From assembly GCA_037447605.1 (NCBI GenBank), contig CM074805.1, positions 4,249,361 through 4,313,360 on the forward strand: a stretch of DNA of 64,000 bases. The letters are read 5' to 3'. Below, piece after piece: positions 24,901-39,900 of the stretch. The notes beneath the pieces were generated by a model. The model saw only the letters and a program-made list of their open reading frames with translations. It was not told the origin of the DNA and searched no databases. The position numbers and the translations under genes were made by a program. Positions within the stretch are counted from its first letter, which is position 1; the number at the start of each line of letters is the position of its first letter. The DNA is from Zygnema circumcarinatum SAG 698-1b. Lineage: Eukaryota > Plantae > Zygnematophyceae.

Positions 24901-27900
24901 TACTGGCCCAAACGATGGGGAAGAACTTGTAGAGGGTGAGGCCAGTAGAGAAGGTTTACGAAACAACGGGGAGCTGGAAGCTTCTGAGAAAGTTCCGGCC
25001 ATAGCTCAAGTTGAGAGATGCTTACGTTTGTTGAAGGTGAGGATTTCTGCCTCACTATCAGATCATAATATGATATTTATCATTTTTTCTTTTCGTCCAA
25101 TAGTTTTTGTTCTCGAGATTGAATGCCAATTTTCGTAATTTCCGTTTATCTATTAAAGTTCAGTCTGACTAATTTCTGGGCATAGACTACCTCAAACTTT
25201 TCTCCACTTCATCTCCACACAGTTCTAAGGGGCTTTGTTTATTGCACTCTACGACAACATGTTTACTATTCACAGTTGTTTGCAGGTTTTTATAACCAAA
25301 TGTGAGGGAAGGTGTCCTCGAAAGGTGCCAGCTCATGGAGCTTCTTTTCAAGGGAGGCCGCTGAGCATTGAGGTATGGAACTAGAATATGAATGTAAAGT
25401 GAAGCTGCTGACATAAGTAACTCGCTGCCAAATGCTAGTTCTGTTGAATTAGTATGTATTGGCTATACCTGCTGCTCCGTTTTCCTTTTTAGTTTTTTTT
25501 TTTTTAAAAGCAATGGGTACTAGTTGTAGTTCTCCATATCGTCTAATTATCAGTGTTTTACGATTTGCTGTTAGCTATTTGGCCGTCTCGGTGGTCCTGA
25601 TGGTTACTTTACAGGACTAGTAGGAGTAGAATGCAATATATGAGAGTTGAATGCATTTCTGCCAAGTTTAGGGAAGATGGCTGACGACATTCTGGAGGTG
25701 GAAATTGCAGATTAATACAGCCAATAAGCAATCTGCTTACTTTAAAGTGGATGTGCACTCAAATGAATACCTCGCCCTGTTGCGCCAGAAGGTGAGAACA
25801 CCCTATCATTCGAATCTTTGTGGAAGGCACGTGAGTGTTCGGAAAGGCAAACTTTGTTCCTGGGCGTATGCAAAAGTCTCAAAATTCATCCTTTTTGTTG
25901 TATCTTAAGTGGGAAGCCATTGGCCTTCAGTCGCTTTCTTTCATCTTCGGACGCATTTTTCGCAGGCACTTTGCAAATGATCATGAAGGAAGCAATATTT
26001 TGCTTGCTCTGCAGGTGGCCAAGGTGATGGACTGCCCTGTGGCACGTGTGCGGTTAGTCTACCAGGGCCGTGAGCTCATGCAGGATTGGCAGGTGATTTG
26101 TCAGTGCGGCATTCAGAATGGCACTACTATTTCTGCCTCGGTGGGTTCGACTTTTCCAGCGTACTACACAGAGCAGGCACTTCCATTTGCCATCCTCTCA
26201 GGCTCCTCTCTGCCTGCAGCAGTCAGGAGTTTGCAGAACATGGGGGCATTTTGCACAGCCGTTGTGACAAAACGACTGGTGGAGGAGACTTCGGTATGAA
26301 TACTGAAGTGAGGAGATGTTAGTCGTCTTTACTTAAAATAATGATTGTTGTATGCAGGTGAATCTTATCGATCGCCCCTCTGATCCGATGGACGAGCAGC
26401 GGTTACCTGGCTTGCTTGTTTCCCGAAAGAAAGAAGTGAGTTATTTCTTTGAAGCATAGTCATGATTTCTTATGAGGTTTCTGAACTCCAAGAGTTGCTC
26501 ATCCATTTTACACTTCATTCTGCTGTCTTGACTCTGTCTTAAGTCCTACGAAGTCAATACGGTCGTGTGACATTCATGAGTCAGATTTTCCATCTCACTT
26601 CTGTTTCGACTATCGCAGGTGTACGACATTCTCTTCAAGCTTCTTGAAGTGGATGATAGCGGTGTGCGAGATGTAAGGGCCTTCCTAAATTTTCTTACCT
26701 GCATGATACACATGTTCGGATCAAGTGAGAATATGCTGTTCAATGCTTGCCTTGTGACTCACGTTTTTTGCCAAGGCATGAGTGGCTCTTTTGACCTGTT
26801 GATTCCGGCCTCTCATTCTTGAACGTTTTACTACTCTCTATCAGGGTGCAGAAAGTCTTCTTATGCTGCTACCAACTCATCCTGATATACTGAACAGTTT
26901 CTTGGTGAGACCCCTTTCATCCAATCATGCTACTGCTATTTTTGAAGAGCCTCCAATCTCCATTCTGCCTTAATTCAGAAAATGCGGGTGTGTCAGTTGG
27001 TTTGTTATCTTGCTGAATTTATCTTCCTTTCAGCTTTCCATTTTTTTTTGTAGGTCAGTTTAATTGGCACTTAAACATTTGGCATGTATTGACTGGCTTT
27101 CGCAGTCACTTAGTGATATTGAGTCGCAAGAAGAGGCTAAAGAACTTCTTCGAATCCAATTTTCCGCGAGACCACGTTTATTCTATGTCTTGCAGGTATG
27201 TATGTCCTGTGCTGAAAGGCGTTTCCTATTTGTTGAAATTCTTAGTTGCATGCTTCTCTAACCGCGGAAGCTTATGCTTGACATTTATCTCTCGTCAGGT
27301 CGAGTGATGAGCACTCGTCAAGCACATGAATGCCTTACTTGTTTGCGGAATTATTCCCTGTAAATCTTGGCGAGTCTTATCGCTCAGGACTTAAAGTAAT
27401 TCTCGTACACTCTGGCCAGGTTGTGGATGGCATATTGATGCCTGTCAATAGGCCAACAACAACTCAAACCAAAAAATTCCGTACAGATTTCCTGTGGAGC
27501 GGCGGTTTCAAGTGAGTACCTGAAAGGATTTTTCGAGAAGGCGGCCTTTGTCTTGCGTGGTTTGACTTGTCCGTCAGCGAGTATTACCCCTGAGATAGTA
27601 TTTTTACTTAGTTTCTGTGTTCCTCGAAGGTCACTGATGAATGAAACGTATAGTGTCCCATTTTGCTAGCAGAGGTGATGTAGTATGACTGCTTTATCGT
27701 TACCTCCCGAAACATTTTCATCTCGGGCTTATAATTATGAAAGGCTTGCGCTGTTGACATGAAAGTAACAGAGTGCAAACATATAGAAGGTTGCTGATTG
27801 GAAGATGCCGACACTGTTGTATTCCAGCCCTGCATAGCTCTCCATCTTCTGCACGACTTTATTGATTTCAGCCATTGCTGCTGCTTGTGCAGGTGCCTCC

Positions 27901-30900
27901 TCAGCGTATTTCAACCGGGAGCTCTGTCGGAGAGTGTGGACGACCGAATGCGTCGTGGTTGCTATGCCTGCGCTTTGCGACTCATCAGATTCCTGGTTCG
28001 TGGGCAAAGCTTTTCCTGCTAGTGTGAATGTGAATTACCAATCTCGAACTCAAATGAAAATGCAGTACTAACTTATAAGAATCGAGTTCCAAGGATTCCT
28101 CCCTTTTATGCATTGTGTGGTGTCATCTGCCTGATTGAGTCATCGATTTTTCAATTCGGAATAGGATGAATTGTTGGTCCTTCCAAGCTAGGAATTCTTT
28201 ACAGAGTGAGGATCATCATGGCAGTTGATAGCGATTGACTAATAACAGAGCAGCCCTTGTGCTGTTCTCATCAGGAATTTTTAAAGTAGGTTTGGCAATA
28301 CCTTTAGCATATGGTCGTGTTGCATTTCGTCACACACCGTGTTCATGTCATGTATTCGTTTTTCGTCCCTCCTTTGAGAAACACCTGTTGGTCCTGCAGC
28401 TGGTTGGAGAAGATGCGACTGAATTTGTAGAGCCCGATGAAGAAGAGTGCCCATCAACGACTTGCCTAATAAGGTAAACGACAGCTCTCTCCGTTTGCTC
28501 CTAGCTCCAATGCTACTTATTGCAAGGAGAAGAGACATTGTTGTTTAAACTTTTGCTTTTGTTCATTGGTGGTTTCAGAGCGGATGGCTCGGTTGTATTG
28601 AACGACACAAAAGATGACGATGAGGATGAGGTTGTGGTTTCTATGAATGAAACTGCCAATGGAGGGATTGTGGTGGAGCCAGCATCTGCTACTCGGAGCA
28701 GAGGCAAGGTATGCATGATCAGGCGCATTCCTAACCTATTTGCGGTTAATTGAACTGGACAAAACAAGGAGAACTCAGTTGTACTTCCTCACTTCTGCAT
28801 CTAAGATAATGTGAAGAAGTTGAGGCATGATAAATGTTGCTGTTGTATTCAGGCTTTGCTTGTTTGCAGCAGTGTGGTTTTCAAATGTGAAAGTGCCCGT
28901 TACTTTTGTAGAGCGGATGCAGTCTGCACACTCGTACTTGCCTGTTTGTTGTCGGCCGTTGTGTTTCTCTATGTTGTATCTTTGGGTATTGTAGCTTGGG
29001 GTATCTTGTTAACAATAGAGGCTTCCCCTGTGATTGGGTATGGCTTGGATTCTCCCAGATAGCAGAGATAAGACCCGACGCAGCCGATCTGGCCCAGGTG
29101 GTCACTGTGTTCACAAACCTTGCGTGGGCCACAGCCATGGGTAACATTGCGGCGATGGGAAACTCTGCGCCAATGAGCACTTACATGCTTCGAACGGATG
29201 AGCAGGCCATCCAGGTACGAATTGTGCACCTGTCTTAAATGGGACATAGGGGCTGCCATCCTAGTGGACTGGCAAATATAATTCTATACCTTCTTTGAGG
29301 CTATGGCTGAGAGCCCTGTTTCTTGAAGCACTCCCCTTATGCATTTACAAGAATGGGTCACTAAAGGTGGGTGCTTGTATGGTGGAACTCGGCAGCAGAA
29401 TCCGAGATCATTGTCATTGGCTTCTGACGAGGACGAAGAAACAGGGCAGGATTTGGATGACGCATATGTTTGTCATCAATCGTTCAGTTTGTTGGTGAGC
29501 GTAACCATTGCTCAAGTTTGATCGGTTCCTGTTTCATTTCACGGTTATTTGCAGTGTTACAGTAAATGTCATGTCCTTGAACTATTAGCATCAGTTTACA
29601 CTAGAACATTTTCTCATAAGGGATCTGGGCTTATGCTGGGGAGGAGTGACCGGACAGACTTGGTGTCTTTTAAAGCATAAAGATTTGCTGGTATCTTTTT
29701 TCACAACTCCTTCTATTTCGCAATTCATTGTGGTAAGATGCCCTTTCCTCCTAGTACAATTTAAGCAATCGATATTTAAGCCAACGCTAATTTTCTGATT
29801 TTCCGCTTTTGTATAGTTGTAATTTGTCAGAATCAAAGATTTCGAATGCTGTTCGTGTAGGAAGTTGAAGAATTTTTCGTGTAAGTGCGATAATCGAATG
29901 GGTACTTGGATCTAACTTTGACTGCAAGAAAATTCTTGTGCCAGGATACCGTGCTTCACTGTCAGCATCAACTTTTGAGATTACAAGCTGCAGAGGCCTT
30001 TTTGAAACTGAGGTGAGATATTTCAGTCTACAAGCGTTTCCTTATTGTTTCATCACCATTTTGTGGCTTTTATCTGTAATTCAGGGTTCCATTCTACTAC
30101 ATTTCTCCTCTCCTGTTGTCGGTTGGCATATAGTTGGTAGGAGCAAGTTGCATAGTCCGGAAGTTTTAAGACGGCTGGCTTATGAGGAATTGCGTCATTT
30201 CAAGGAGGGTCTAGTGGGTATTGTCCTAGCAGACTGATTGTACAAACCTTTGGAGTATACCTTTTGATCTACTTCACAGCTTGTCCCTTGAAATTTTGAA
30301 TTACTAAAGCAGTGTGTCTTTGTTTGTGCTTTTGTAGCATTGAAAGGGTTGGAGATGGCGGCAATATTGCGCACAAGCACGTCCTGTTGGCCCTCATCGC
30401 TGCTAAGCAGGATGCAGATAGACAGCCTCGTCAGTGCTATCCTGTAAGATGTGCAGTTTCTTTTGCCCAGAAGATATTGCTCGGCTGACGTGCTTTTTCT
30501 TCGTAGTTACTGATGGTCAATTTCAATGTCTGCGCATTTTTTTGTACTGCAGTACTGGGAGCTTTTGTGCCGCCTTTTACAAAACGTTCGAGAGCCTGAA
30601 GAGGTGGAAATGGCACAGAAGCAGCTTGTAGAGGAGGTGAAGTGGCTGAAAGCGGCGCCCGCAGCTCACGATGATAAGGATAGGGTTCGTACATTTTTCG
30701 ATTACCCAAATGGAAGTGCCTTATCTGTCTCATTGCCTCATGCATTTTGTTTCACAGACATCTCGGCTTGGTTGTGTAGTTCTCTTTTTGCTGTTCTGCT
30801 CTGCTCTGTTAAGGGCGTTCGGTTATGTATGGTCGCCGTAGTATTGCACTAATATTCTAATAGTCGTGAATTCTCGGCTCGTGTGAATCTCTAGTTAGTC

Positions 30901-33900
30901 TTGGCAATCATCAGCCGCTTACGCCTTCCCCGCTGCCCCCCCTTCAATAACTTTTGAAGATGCACTTCTGTTCATCTGTTGTTATCCTATGCTTAGACTT
31001 GGGCGGATCGTATTGCATGTTGCAGAGATTAGAAGGGCATCTTATGCTCACAAAAACGTTGGTGGAGGTTCTCAATTGTCAGTCGGTTGGTTCAAAGAAA
31101 GAAGGGGGGCTGATTCAGCTGGTAGGTGGACACCGGAAACCCAGCTCCTTGACCTTGTCTGTATGTGACAATTCTCTGCATCAATCTGAGATCTCTCGCT
31201 TGTTTGTAAGATTCTGTTGAACTTCTTCGTCGTTGAAGGATGTTGAACTATTGATTTCCAGCAGATGTGGATCCGTCAAACTGGAAAGATTCTGACTACA
31301 AGACTACCGATTCTGACTATATGACTATTCTGGCCATGTTATTTCGGTCGTGGTGCAGTTGATCAAGGAGTTTCTTTTTCCGGCATCTATGGTGTTGCTG
31401 AGTGTGGAAGCTAAAGAGTCGGCTGAAGGAGAGAAAATGGATGTTTTGCCTTATCAAGCTCTCCAGTTTGGACTGCTCAAAGGTCCGGCTGAAGATGATG
31501 CCGTGTTGCAGGCCAAGTGCGGGACTCGCAGCAGCCGGAACTATGCGTTCCAGCTGCTCACCGCCTTGGCCAAGCACAACTTAGAGAATTTCAAGGAGAT
31601 ACTTTCATTACTACAAAGCATACACTTTAGAGAAGACTCAATAAACGATTGGGAATACCTGCCTTCATTTGGACGGAAATCCATGGGAGGTTATGTTGGA
31701 CTAAAGAATGCAGGTAAAGTGCCGTCAACTCCAATTTCTTCTCAAATAGTCTTTTCGGTGGGTTATACTATGTATACTATTCAAGGCGGTGGGGAATGTC
31801 CTCGTTAGGTAGCACAGTTTGAGAGATGGTCTTAAGAGAAAGTTAGTGTATCCTTGTCATGAGAGATGGCGAAGCGACATATCTGAAGTAGTAAGGGAAC
31901 AGTAACAAATGTGTGTGGGAAGTTACTGATTAGTCAGCCCTGTTTATCTCTCCAACTGTCAATGTAACTTGAAATTTAATCCCTCGGCAATGTTTTGGTT
32001 CTTCCTCGTATGTCTCCTTTTTAGGTGCCACATGCTACATGAACTCGGTTTTCCAACAGTTGTACATGCAGCCCCAAGTGAGACGGAGTGTATTGGCTTG
32101 TGAAGAATGCAACGATAAGGAGAAAGTCGATTCTGTCTTCTTTCAGTTGCAGGTCCGTCGCAACTGATAACTGAAGCTGACTGAGAATTCTCTTTCCTTT
32201 TCTCACCCCGATTTACTAGTACTAGCATCTGGCTCCGACTTTTCCATGTAATAAGGTTTCGCTTAGATTAGTGATATTTTTTTGTTGGGTTTTGAGCATC
32301 TCTGTTGATTGCATAGAAATGGCTGGATGGGGACAGGCGATGTTTGGAGCACTGCTTGGCAGCAGCCTGGACCATTATGTGCCTCTTGGTTTCTGGCAAG
32401 CTTATCGGGATTATGATGGACTGCCGATCAATTTAAGGGAGCATCAGGACGCGTTTGAGTTTTTTAACCGCTTATACGACTCAATAGATGAAACCCTCAA
32501 AGCGATCCACCAGGAGCCCACTTTGACCAAGATCTTTGGTGGATGTTTTGCGCAACAGGTCTTCCTCCCCCTCCCTCCCTCATTGCCCCACCTTTCCAAC
32601 AATAAAACCATGACTCTTTCTGAACCACGACTAATTTCTGAAATGGCAAATCGCTACCAAATTACATTCTAATCGTTTAGAAGTGGCATTTATTTCGGCA
32701 ACCTAGTCTAGATCAAAGGTCCAAGCTCGTTTGTTAGGAAGTTAACTGTTTATCGTGTTCAAGGAACAATAAATTCACCGGCATAGTTTTTACTCTCCAG
32801 TGCGTAGTCAACACCCCCTAGTTAACACCCCCACCCCAACCCCACTCCACCCCTTTGCCGTTCTATTCTTGTTGTCCTAACGAATTTTATGGTTCCTCTT
32901 TTGGTGGTTTTGCGTATTTCCTTAACCAGAGAAGCTGGTCTGCATTGATCAATCTTTTTTTGTCCAAAAATAAAAACGAATGAAAATGAAAAATGATGAA
33001 TAATGAAAATGATGATAATGAATCTCAAACTCCGAACCTCTTTGCAGGTAATTTGTAGAGGTTGCCCTCACCGGAGCGAAAGAGAGGAACCCTTCGCAGC
33101 AATTAGTGTTGATGTGAAAAATAAGCGGGATTTGGCTGAATCGTTGGAATCCTTTGTTCGAGGTGATCTTTTGGAAGCAGACAATGCTTATTACTGTGAA
33201 GAGTGCGGGAAAAAGGTATGTTTACTGCACATTATGCGACCTCTGATCGATAATAGACAGCTGAAAATATTAGAGAATGTAAATTGTAACCACCGAATAT
33301 TTGGAGTAAAAAGATTCAAGACTTTGTACAAACCTACCTTTTGTGCTCAATAGTTTGAGATTATTTATGAAGACTTTTTATCCGTGTTACTGGTTCGTCT
33401 TATGATACGGCTCTCCTTTCTTGCTGGGCTGTTTAGGTGGACGCCTTGAGACGTGTATGCGTGAAAACACTACCACATACGTTGGTCATTCATCTGAAAC
33501 GGTTTGATTTCGACTACGAAACAATGCAGCGTTTGAAGCTGAAGGATCGGTTCGAGTTTCCCATTCACTTGGACATGAAACCATATACCGTTGAGGGACT
33601 TGCGCTGCGAGAAAAAGCAGCTGCTGGTTTGTCTCAACCTCAGATGCATGGGCTTAGCCAGGGGTATGGTGGGCCAAGATGGCAAGGGAAGGCAAGGCCA
33701 AATAACTCGGCGGTAAGCAGTCACGATGTGCAGATGGCAAGCCCTGACCATACTCAAGGCAGCAGGGATGAGCCGCTTGAAGATACTTGGTCAAAGAGGC
33801 AGATGCTTGAGCGTTCGATAGATCGGCGAAATTGCAGTCCGGGAAGATTAGAGTCGAGTTTGGAAGGAGATTCATCGGAGTCGAGCAAGGTGGATGGGAG

Positions 33901-36900
33901 AATTCCTGATAGCAATGGAAGCTCAGCGGAGGCAGCTCGGCAAGATGCCGATGGCACTGCAGCAGGTTCAGCGGGTTCAGAAATTCCGGTGAAGTCAGAC
34001 TCATATTATCAGTATGACTTAGTTGGTGTGGTGATACATTCGGGGACGGCGTTTGCTGGTCACTACTATAGCTACATAAAGGAGAGAGACGGAGATCACA
34101 TGCTGACTCCTGGGGATGAATCAGCTGGAGGGTATGTGCTCAATTGATCATATAGGGGTTGCTTTGCTTTCCTGCTATGCCGTCTTGGGTTCTGGTAGAG
34201 CAGTGGGATGTTTCAATCGTCAGCTTGGCTGGTTAGCTATTGGATTATTTATTGTGAGAGGTTAACTGACTTGTGGAAAGTGAATAAGTGTGGCGCTACA
34301 CAAAGTTTAGGCATGTGACTTTCGTACGCAAACGTCCTTTTCTTTATGAAACTGACTGAATGCGCGGATGATGGCCGACGGATGCAGGAGATGGGTGGCA
34401 TTCGATGATAAACGAGTTGAGCCGTATGATGTAAATGATTTAGAAAAGGACTGTTTTGGAGGAAAGTATACGGTGGAGGTGTATGATAACTTCTTGAAAA
34501 CAACTTCTCCACAGGCAAGCTGCTTTCTTTAGCTGATGTATTTTCGTAATTTCTGTATGGGCGTAACTGGACGTTGCTCAGGCGATTACTGCAATAGAAG
34601 GAAATTCTTCCCATTTATGATCGTCATCTGTTCGACAGATATCTGGCAATACGTTGAGGTGAAAAGGATATCCAGTGCAAACTCATTCTTGTCATTTGTA
34701 CTTATTATGCGGTTTTCTGTCTGATGTGGTGCTCACAACAGGAGTTTGATCGACCAAACAGTGCATACATGCTGCTATATGAGCGGAGCCCTCAAGCAGC
34801 TGCCGATGTCAGTATATCCTTTTGAGCCTTTCCCTTCCTGCAAGACTTCTGAATCAGTTCATTTTGAAAGTTCTCTTTTTTTCTCTTCCCTGTTTGATAT
34901 TGCAGGTGGGCTCACCTGTAGACTCTTTGTCAGCAACAGCTGGATCAGGCACGAAAGGTATGGTGATGATTTTCTTGCCCCATATGTAGAAGCCATTTGA
35001 CTGCTGATGTCCAGTGTTGGAGAACTGCAACCAGTGTTTGCTGAACAAATAAGCATAATCATAGGATAACCTTGGGGGAACATAAGTCATAGAAGGAACC
35101 TTTTCTTTGAGAATAGTAAGCACTTGGAGTACAACGGGAGATGATCAAGTGATCATGGACGGATGCTACTATTCCGCACAATTATTGTGCTAGTTTCTGT
35201 ATGATCTTTCTTCACGGCTCTCCTCCTAAACTCCTGTTGTAGCCACCACCCTTGTGTAGTTGTTGTCAAGGCACGTCAGGTCGCAAAGACAAATGGCAAA
35301 TGACTGAATAATGCACTATGTGTGACTCTACTGAATAAACGTAATCTCAATGTAGTACTTGAATCGAAAGTTGTTCTGAACCATCTACATGTTGCTTGAA
35401 AGCTGTAAGTTGATTGATGTTCCTGAAGGACCTTATCATGTATGGGCCGAAAAGCTAGTAGTTAACCGTAGGCGTCATGGGGGTGGGGCTGCAGGAAGTG
35501 GGGAGGGTGGAAACTCCGTACAGGAGGCTCCTGCCGTCTCTCAGAGGTGAATCTCATTGGTTTTTAGTTTCTCAGGAAGGACAACAATCTTGTCAGTCCT
35601 TCAATGTCATGCTTGGCAAATGAGTGTATCCGAATCCGATCCTTGACTGTCTATCTCATGATAGGACATCTCAAGCAGGTCAATGATTCCCGTCAAAGTC
35701 CTGAATTGTTGATAAATGATTGCAATTGTCCCTCATCTCATTCGGTCTTTGTTGAGTTATTTTATAAGAACTGAATGCAGATTATGGTATTTAGCGCGAT
35801 TTTGTGTGCTTTACAGTAGAACAGAGGAATTGTCGGGACACTGAAGTTGAGTAGGTGGAATCTCTAAGCACTGAAGCAGTGTTTTTTGAAATTGTGATAT
35901 TGCAGGGACCAACCTGTGGCTCTGCCAGTCTCCATACACCGAATTGTGTGGGAAGAGAACTTGCGGTATATGTTCCACCTCCTCTGGGAATTTTTGGCTT
36001 CTTTTCTTCCGCCTTTCTGCATTACATCTATATGCTGAACTTCCTTTCTTAACTACTGGCTGATACAAAGATTGGATTCAATGTGAAAGAGACTTATACA
36101 AGTTTTGGGACTATGCCTGATGCATGTTTCTCAGTTTCATCCACGAGAATCACGTTCTGGACAAGGATTACTTCCGATTTCTCAGAATGCTAGTAGAGTG
36201 CAATCTGGACTTTATAATAAGGTCAGACATATTCTCAAGCTCCCAGGCCTTACACAGTAACAACCTTCTTGTTTTCGCATCTGTTGGGAGGGATCTGATG
36301 ACCAAGAGCACGGTTTTACATGCATGTGATAAGGAATGAACACATTGTGTATGACAGACGTCTCATCTGTGGTTCGTTTTATGCGATAAAGGACTATCAT
36401 ATCTGCTCATCTGAAATAGGATTCAAGCAGCTCTTTGCTTGACATTCGAGGGAATCAAGATGGGAATTTATACTTTTATCTCGCAAATCTCGGTGTTGAA
36501 TTGGCGTGCGATGTTGGACAGGTCAAGTGCTCAAAACAAACAGCTTATTCTGGAACAGCGAGCTCGGATAGATCCGCGATTCGGTACAGATGCAGCTGTC
36601 ATTTCAAAGATTGCAGACCAGATTGCAACATTGAGTATTGAACTGGCAATAGACTTCTTATGCCGAGTGTTTCTACGCACCCACTCCAGCTTGCGGGAAG
36701 ACATGATGAGCTGGCGGGTGAGTGTATCGTCTGCTCTATGTTGAGAACTAGTTGATTGACATCATCTCGCCTCTAACTCCGTCGAATTAGTGGAGATTTG
36801 TAATGCACAGCATACCTGCTCCACACTTCTGAACATGAATAGGTTTTTCGATATGGTCCCATCGAGTTCAGAAATTAGTTCTGCTTATATTTATCGACCG

Positions 36901-39900
36901 ACTTGGCTATTTGATGCTTGTTTGACTTGTACCTTAGTGATGTAAGTCCACCATTTCTGAAGGTGATGGTGGTCTGGTCATTGCCCATCAGACGGCGGTT
37001 CTCAAGTTGCTTGAGTCGAATGCAACCGCTTGCGGCAGCTTTCAAACAAAGATGCTTCAACGGCCGCACTGGCTATCGCAATTCCTCCTCAAGTGCCCCG
37101 TGGAGGATGTGCGGATGGTGAGTTCTTCCTCTCCTTTCTACAACCTGTGATGATAGATCGCTCATACTGCTGTACAGAAACTTCACACGGTACAGAGTAA
37201 ACGCTAGGGTTAACTTGTGTTATCAAATTTCACATCAGTGGATACTAGTCTTGTATTAAAACGATAGGGCTGCCTCTGCTTCTCTGCTGGCTTGGTTTGA
37301 ATCCGCTTTTGACAATTCATGTAGTACTCGGGCCCTCCTTTGGAGCCCGTGCAAACGCCGAGGTTGGTACACAATTCGTCTCATGAATTTGTTTGTTGGT
37401 TGTTTGCAGATGTTTGCCAATTTGGTCGTGCATAGTCTTCAAAGCTCCGCGCGCTTTCTGAATGGAAAGCCAATGTTGCACAACATCTCAACAGGGCGGA
37501 ACCAAGATGTCTTGTGTGTGGATCAGCTCATTAATGCACTTATAGGAATTTTAGGGGAGGCAACTTCATCAACCACATTCGTTACACAGGTCTGATTGCT
37601 TGAGAAACAGAGTACCATTCTCTTCAATCAGTAATTGCAACATCTTGCTGAATCACAAAAGTCACAAGCAGTTCTGCTTCTCGCTTTGTTTGTCTGTGTC
37701 TTGTTAGTCTCGTTTTAGATAATTCTTCATTTGTTGATTTTTTTGATGTACTTGTCAGCAACGATAGAGGTGCCAGAGACCATCTCGAGGGGGATAAGAT
37801 TTATAGTAAAAAAAAATTCTTTCTATCTGGATTTTCGTTCATGCTAAATTATCTCAAACTGGTGTGTTGCAGCAATATTTCCGTATTTTTTACGAGTATG
37901 CTTTGTTGGGACAGCCCCAACGGCATAGTCTCCTGGTCAAGCGAGTCATTCCACAATGGGTGAGCAAAAAACTTCCCCCAGTTCCTCCGTACCCTCTTCT
38001 TTTTCTTCTTTTTTTTTGTTTTCTTTGTTTGGTCTTGGGATCAGTTGGTGGTTGGTGGTGGTGATGGTTGTGGTGGAAGCTTCCACACAAGACGATGCTC
38101 TACAGCTTGCAACTTTTGTTAGAACTTGCATTTTGTGGGTGGCAGGTTGACTTTGCTTGCAGAATAGGAACGGCAATTGCACACAAACTGGATTTGGCAG
38201 CCCTTCACGGAACAGTAGCCCACCTCGTTCGCAGTTGCGACACTTCAAAGTTTTATGGTGCGCTCCTGAATCGCGATTGGGTTTCAGTTTCCACCCGCAG
38301 GAGTTATTTGTATGCTGGATGCAGAAGCTAACAGATAAGGGAGAGCATGTTTGTCAGCATGGTGTGAGCTATGAGGAACCCAGGCATGGTACATGTAGTG
38401 TTACGTGACACTGTCTTTAGGGAATTTTCACACTGTTTGAAAGAAGATTATGATGTCCATGCTCTCGGTCGGTTAAGGATGGCTATGACACCTTATGTTG
38501 ATTCTTGCATCTTTTTTTAAGACAGGTTATTTCTCAATTAATGTGCACGCTGCTCAGACTCATTTGTTAAGTCGAAACATGGCAAAAAAAATTCTGGACT
38601 ACCCTTATACGAAGGAGTTATGAGACAAGGCATTCACGGTACCTTTTGGGATTTTTTTTCGTTGTGAGCAGACATGGATGATTATGTGACAGACGATGCT
38701 GGAGACGATGGTGATGTGAGAGCATTGGCAGTGGGAGCGAATCCCTATCGTGCTCAAGGACCTCTCTTGGGGCCCATTGCTTTCGAGTCATTTGAGTCTG
38801 TGACCAAACAAAAGTACCTCTTTCTTCTTGTAAGTGGTTCTTTTCTGCCATTCAGGTATGCCGTCTTCAGAAAGAAGAAAGAAAGAAAGAAAGAAAGCTA
38901 GTAACTCTTTCCGCTCCTCCGCAGAACAGTCTTGATTAAAAAATTTGGAAAGCTGTAGGACTTCCCTTCCAGCAAACCTTATTTTGGTGTTGGGTATTCT
39001 CGCAGGTGGAGACGGCGTCTGACCAAGACGAGGTGGTTTGCTTGCTTGAGTTCTTGAGCTGGCAGAGCCAACGGGTCTCTTCAGTGAGTGTTATTTGCAA
39101 TGTTCCTATCACTGAACCAGATTATAGGAAAGCGGATGGCTGAATGGCTGGATGTCTGTGTAAGAGATAAATGATATTACAAATGGATCTGCCGAGGAGG
39201 GTACGCTGGGTTGGCTAGTCCTTTTGGAGTTTACGAATCGGCATTGAATAGATGATGTTTTTGCCAGATGTGTGCGTGGGAAAAATTATAATGGGAGGAT
39301 GATGTAATTTGGGAGGATTTCGCTGTTTCGATAAAGCTTGAAATGTATTGTTGCAGGATCTCCTCATGATCACTATGAGTATGTTGCGACGAAGTAATGG
39401 ACCTGAACTGAGGCATATTTTGAACATGCTTCATAAGCTCGTGGTGGTGGAGGACTCGCTTAAACCTGTATGGCTTTTCCCGATGCTTTAGACTTATATT
39501 TGGCGGGCACACTTTTTTTGGCTGTGGTTGTTATCTGCTGTATTCACATTTTCTTATTACTTCTACTGCAGCAATTAGTCTACCGGCATATGCCTTTGTG
39601 AACTGCGTATTCATAATGTTAAATTGCCAAAACCTTGCATGTTTGTCAGGCAGGATTGTTACAGAGAGTCATGATAGAGATGTATTGACTGCTGTTTTGC
39701 TGTTTTGGGCTCAGCATCGGCAAAGGGCTGTGCTTTTGGGCAACGAGATATTCCGACCTCCACTTGGCATTCTGGACATGCTTGTTGCAAAGGTAGGCAT
39801 TTGCTACTTCTTCCCATGTATGCGGCTTGTATTTTGTACACATACAGATACGGAAATGTTGTACATGTGAATTGAAATTTTGATGTTTTGTCGATGACAT

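Noticed and set aside
26014-26150. UBL domain as a novel fusion to the protease
   Set aside because: An internal ubiquitin-like domain is already described for the USP9X/USP24 group, so it supports the family call rather than novelty.
34815-34823. ATATCCTTT, a match to the U12 (AT-AC) donor consensus in the USP gene
   Set aside because: An ordinary GAT|GTCAGT donor 8 nt upstream and a TTGCAG acceptor explain the junction in frame, and no U12 branch point (TCCTTAAC) or AC acceptor follows.
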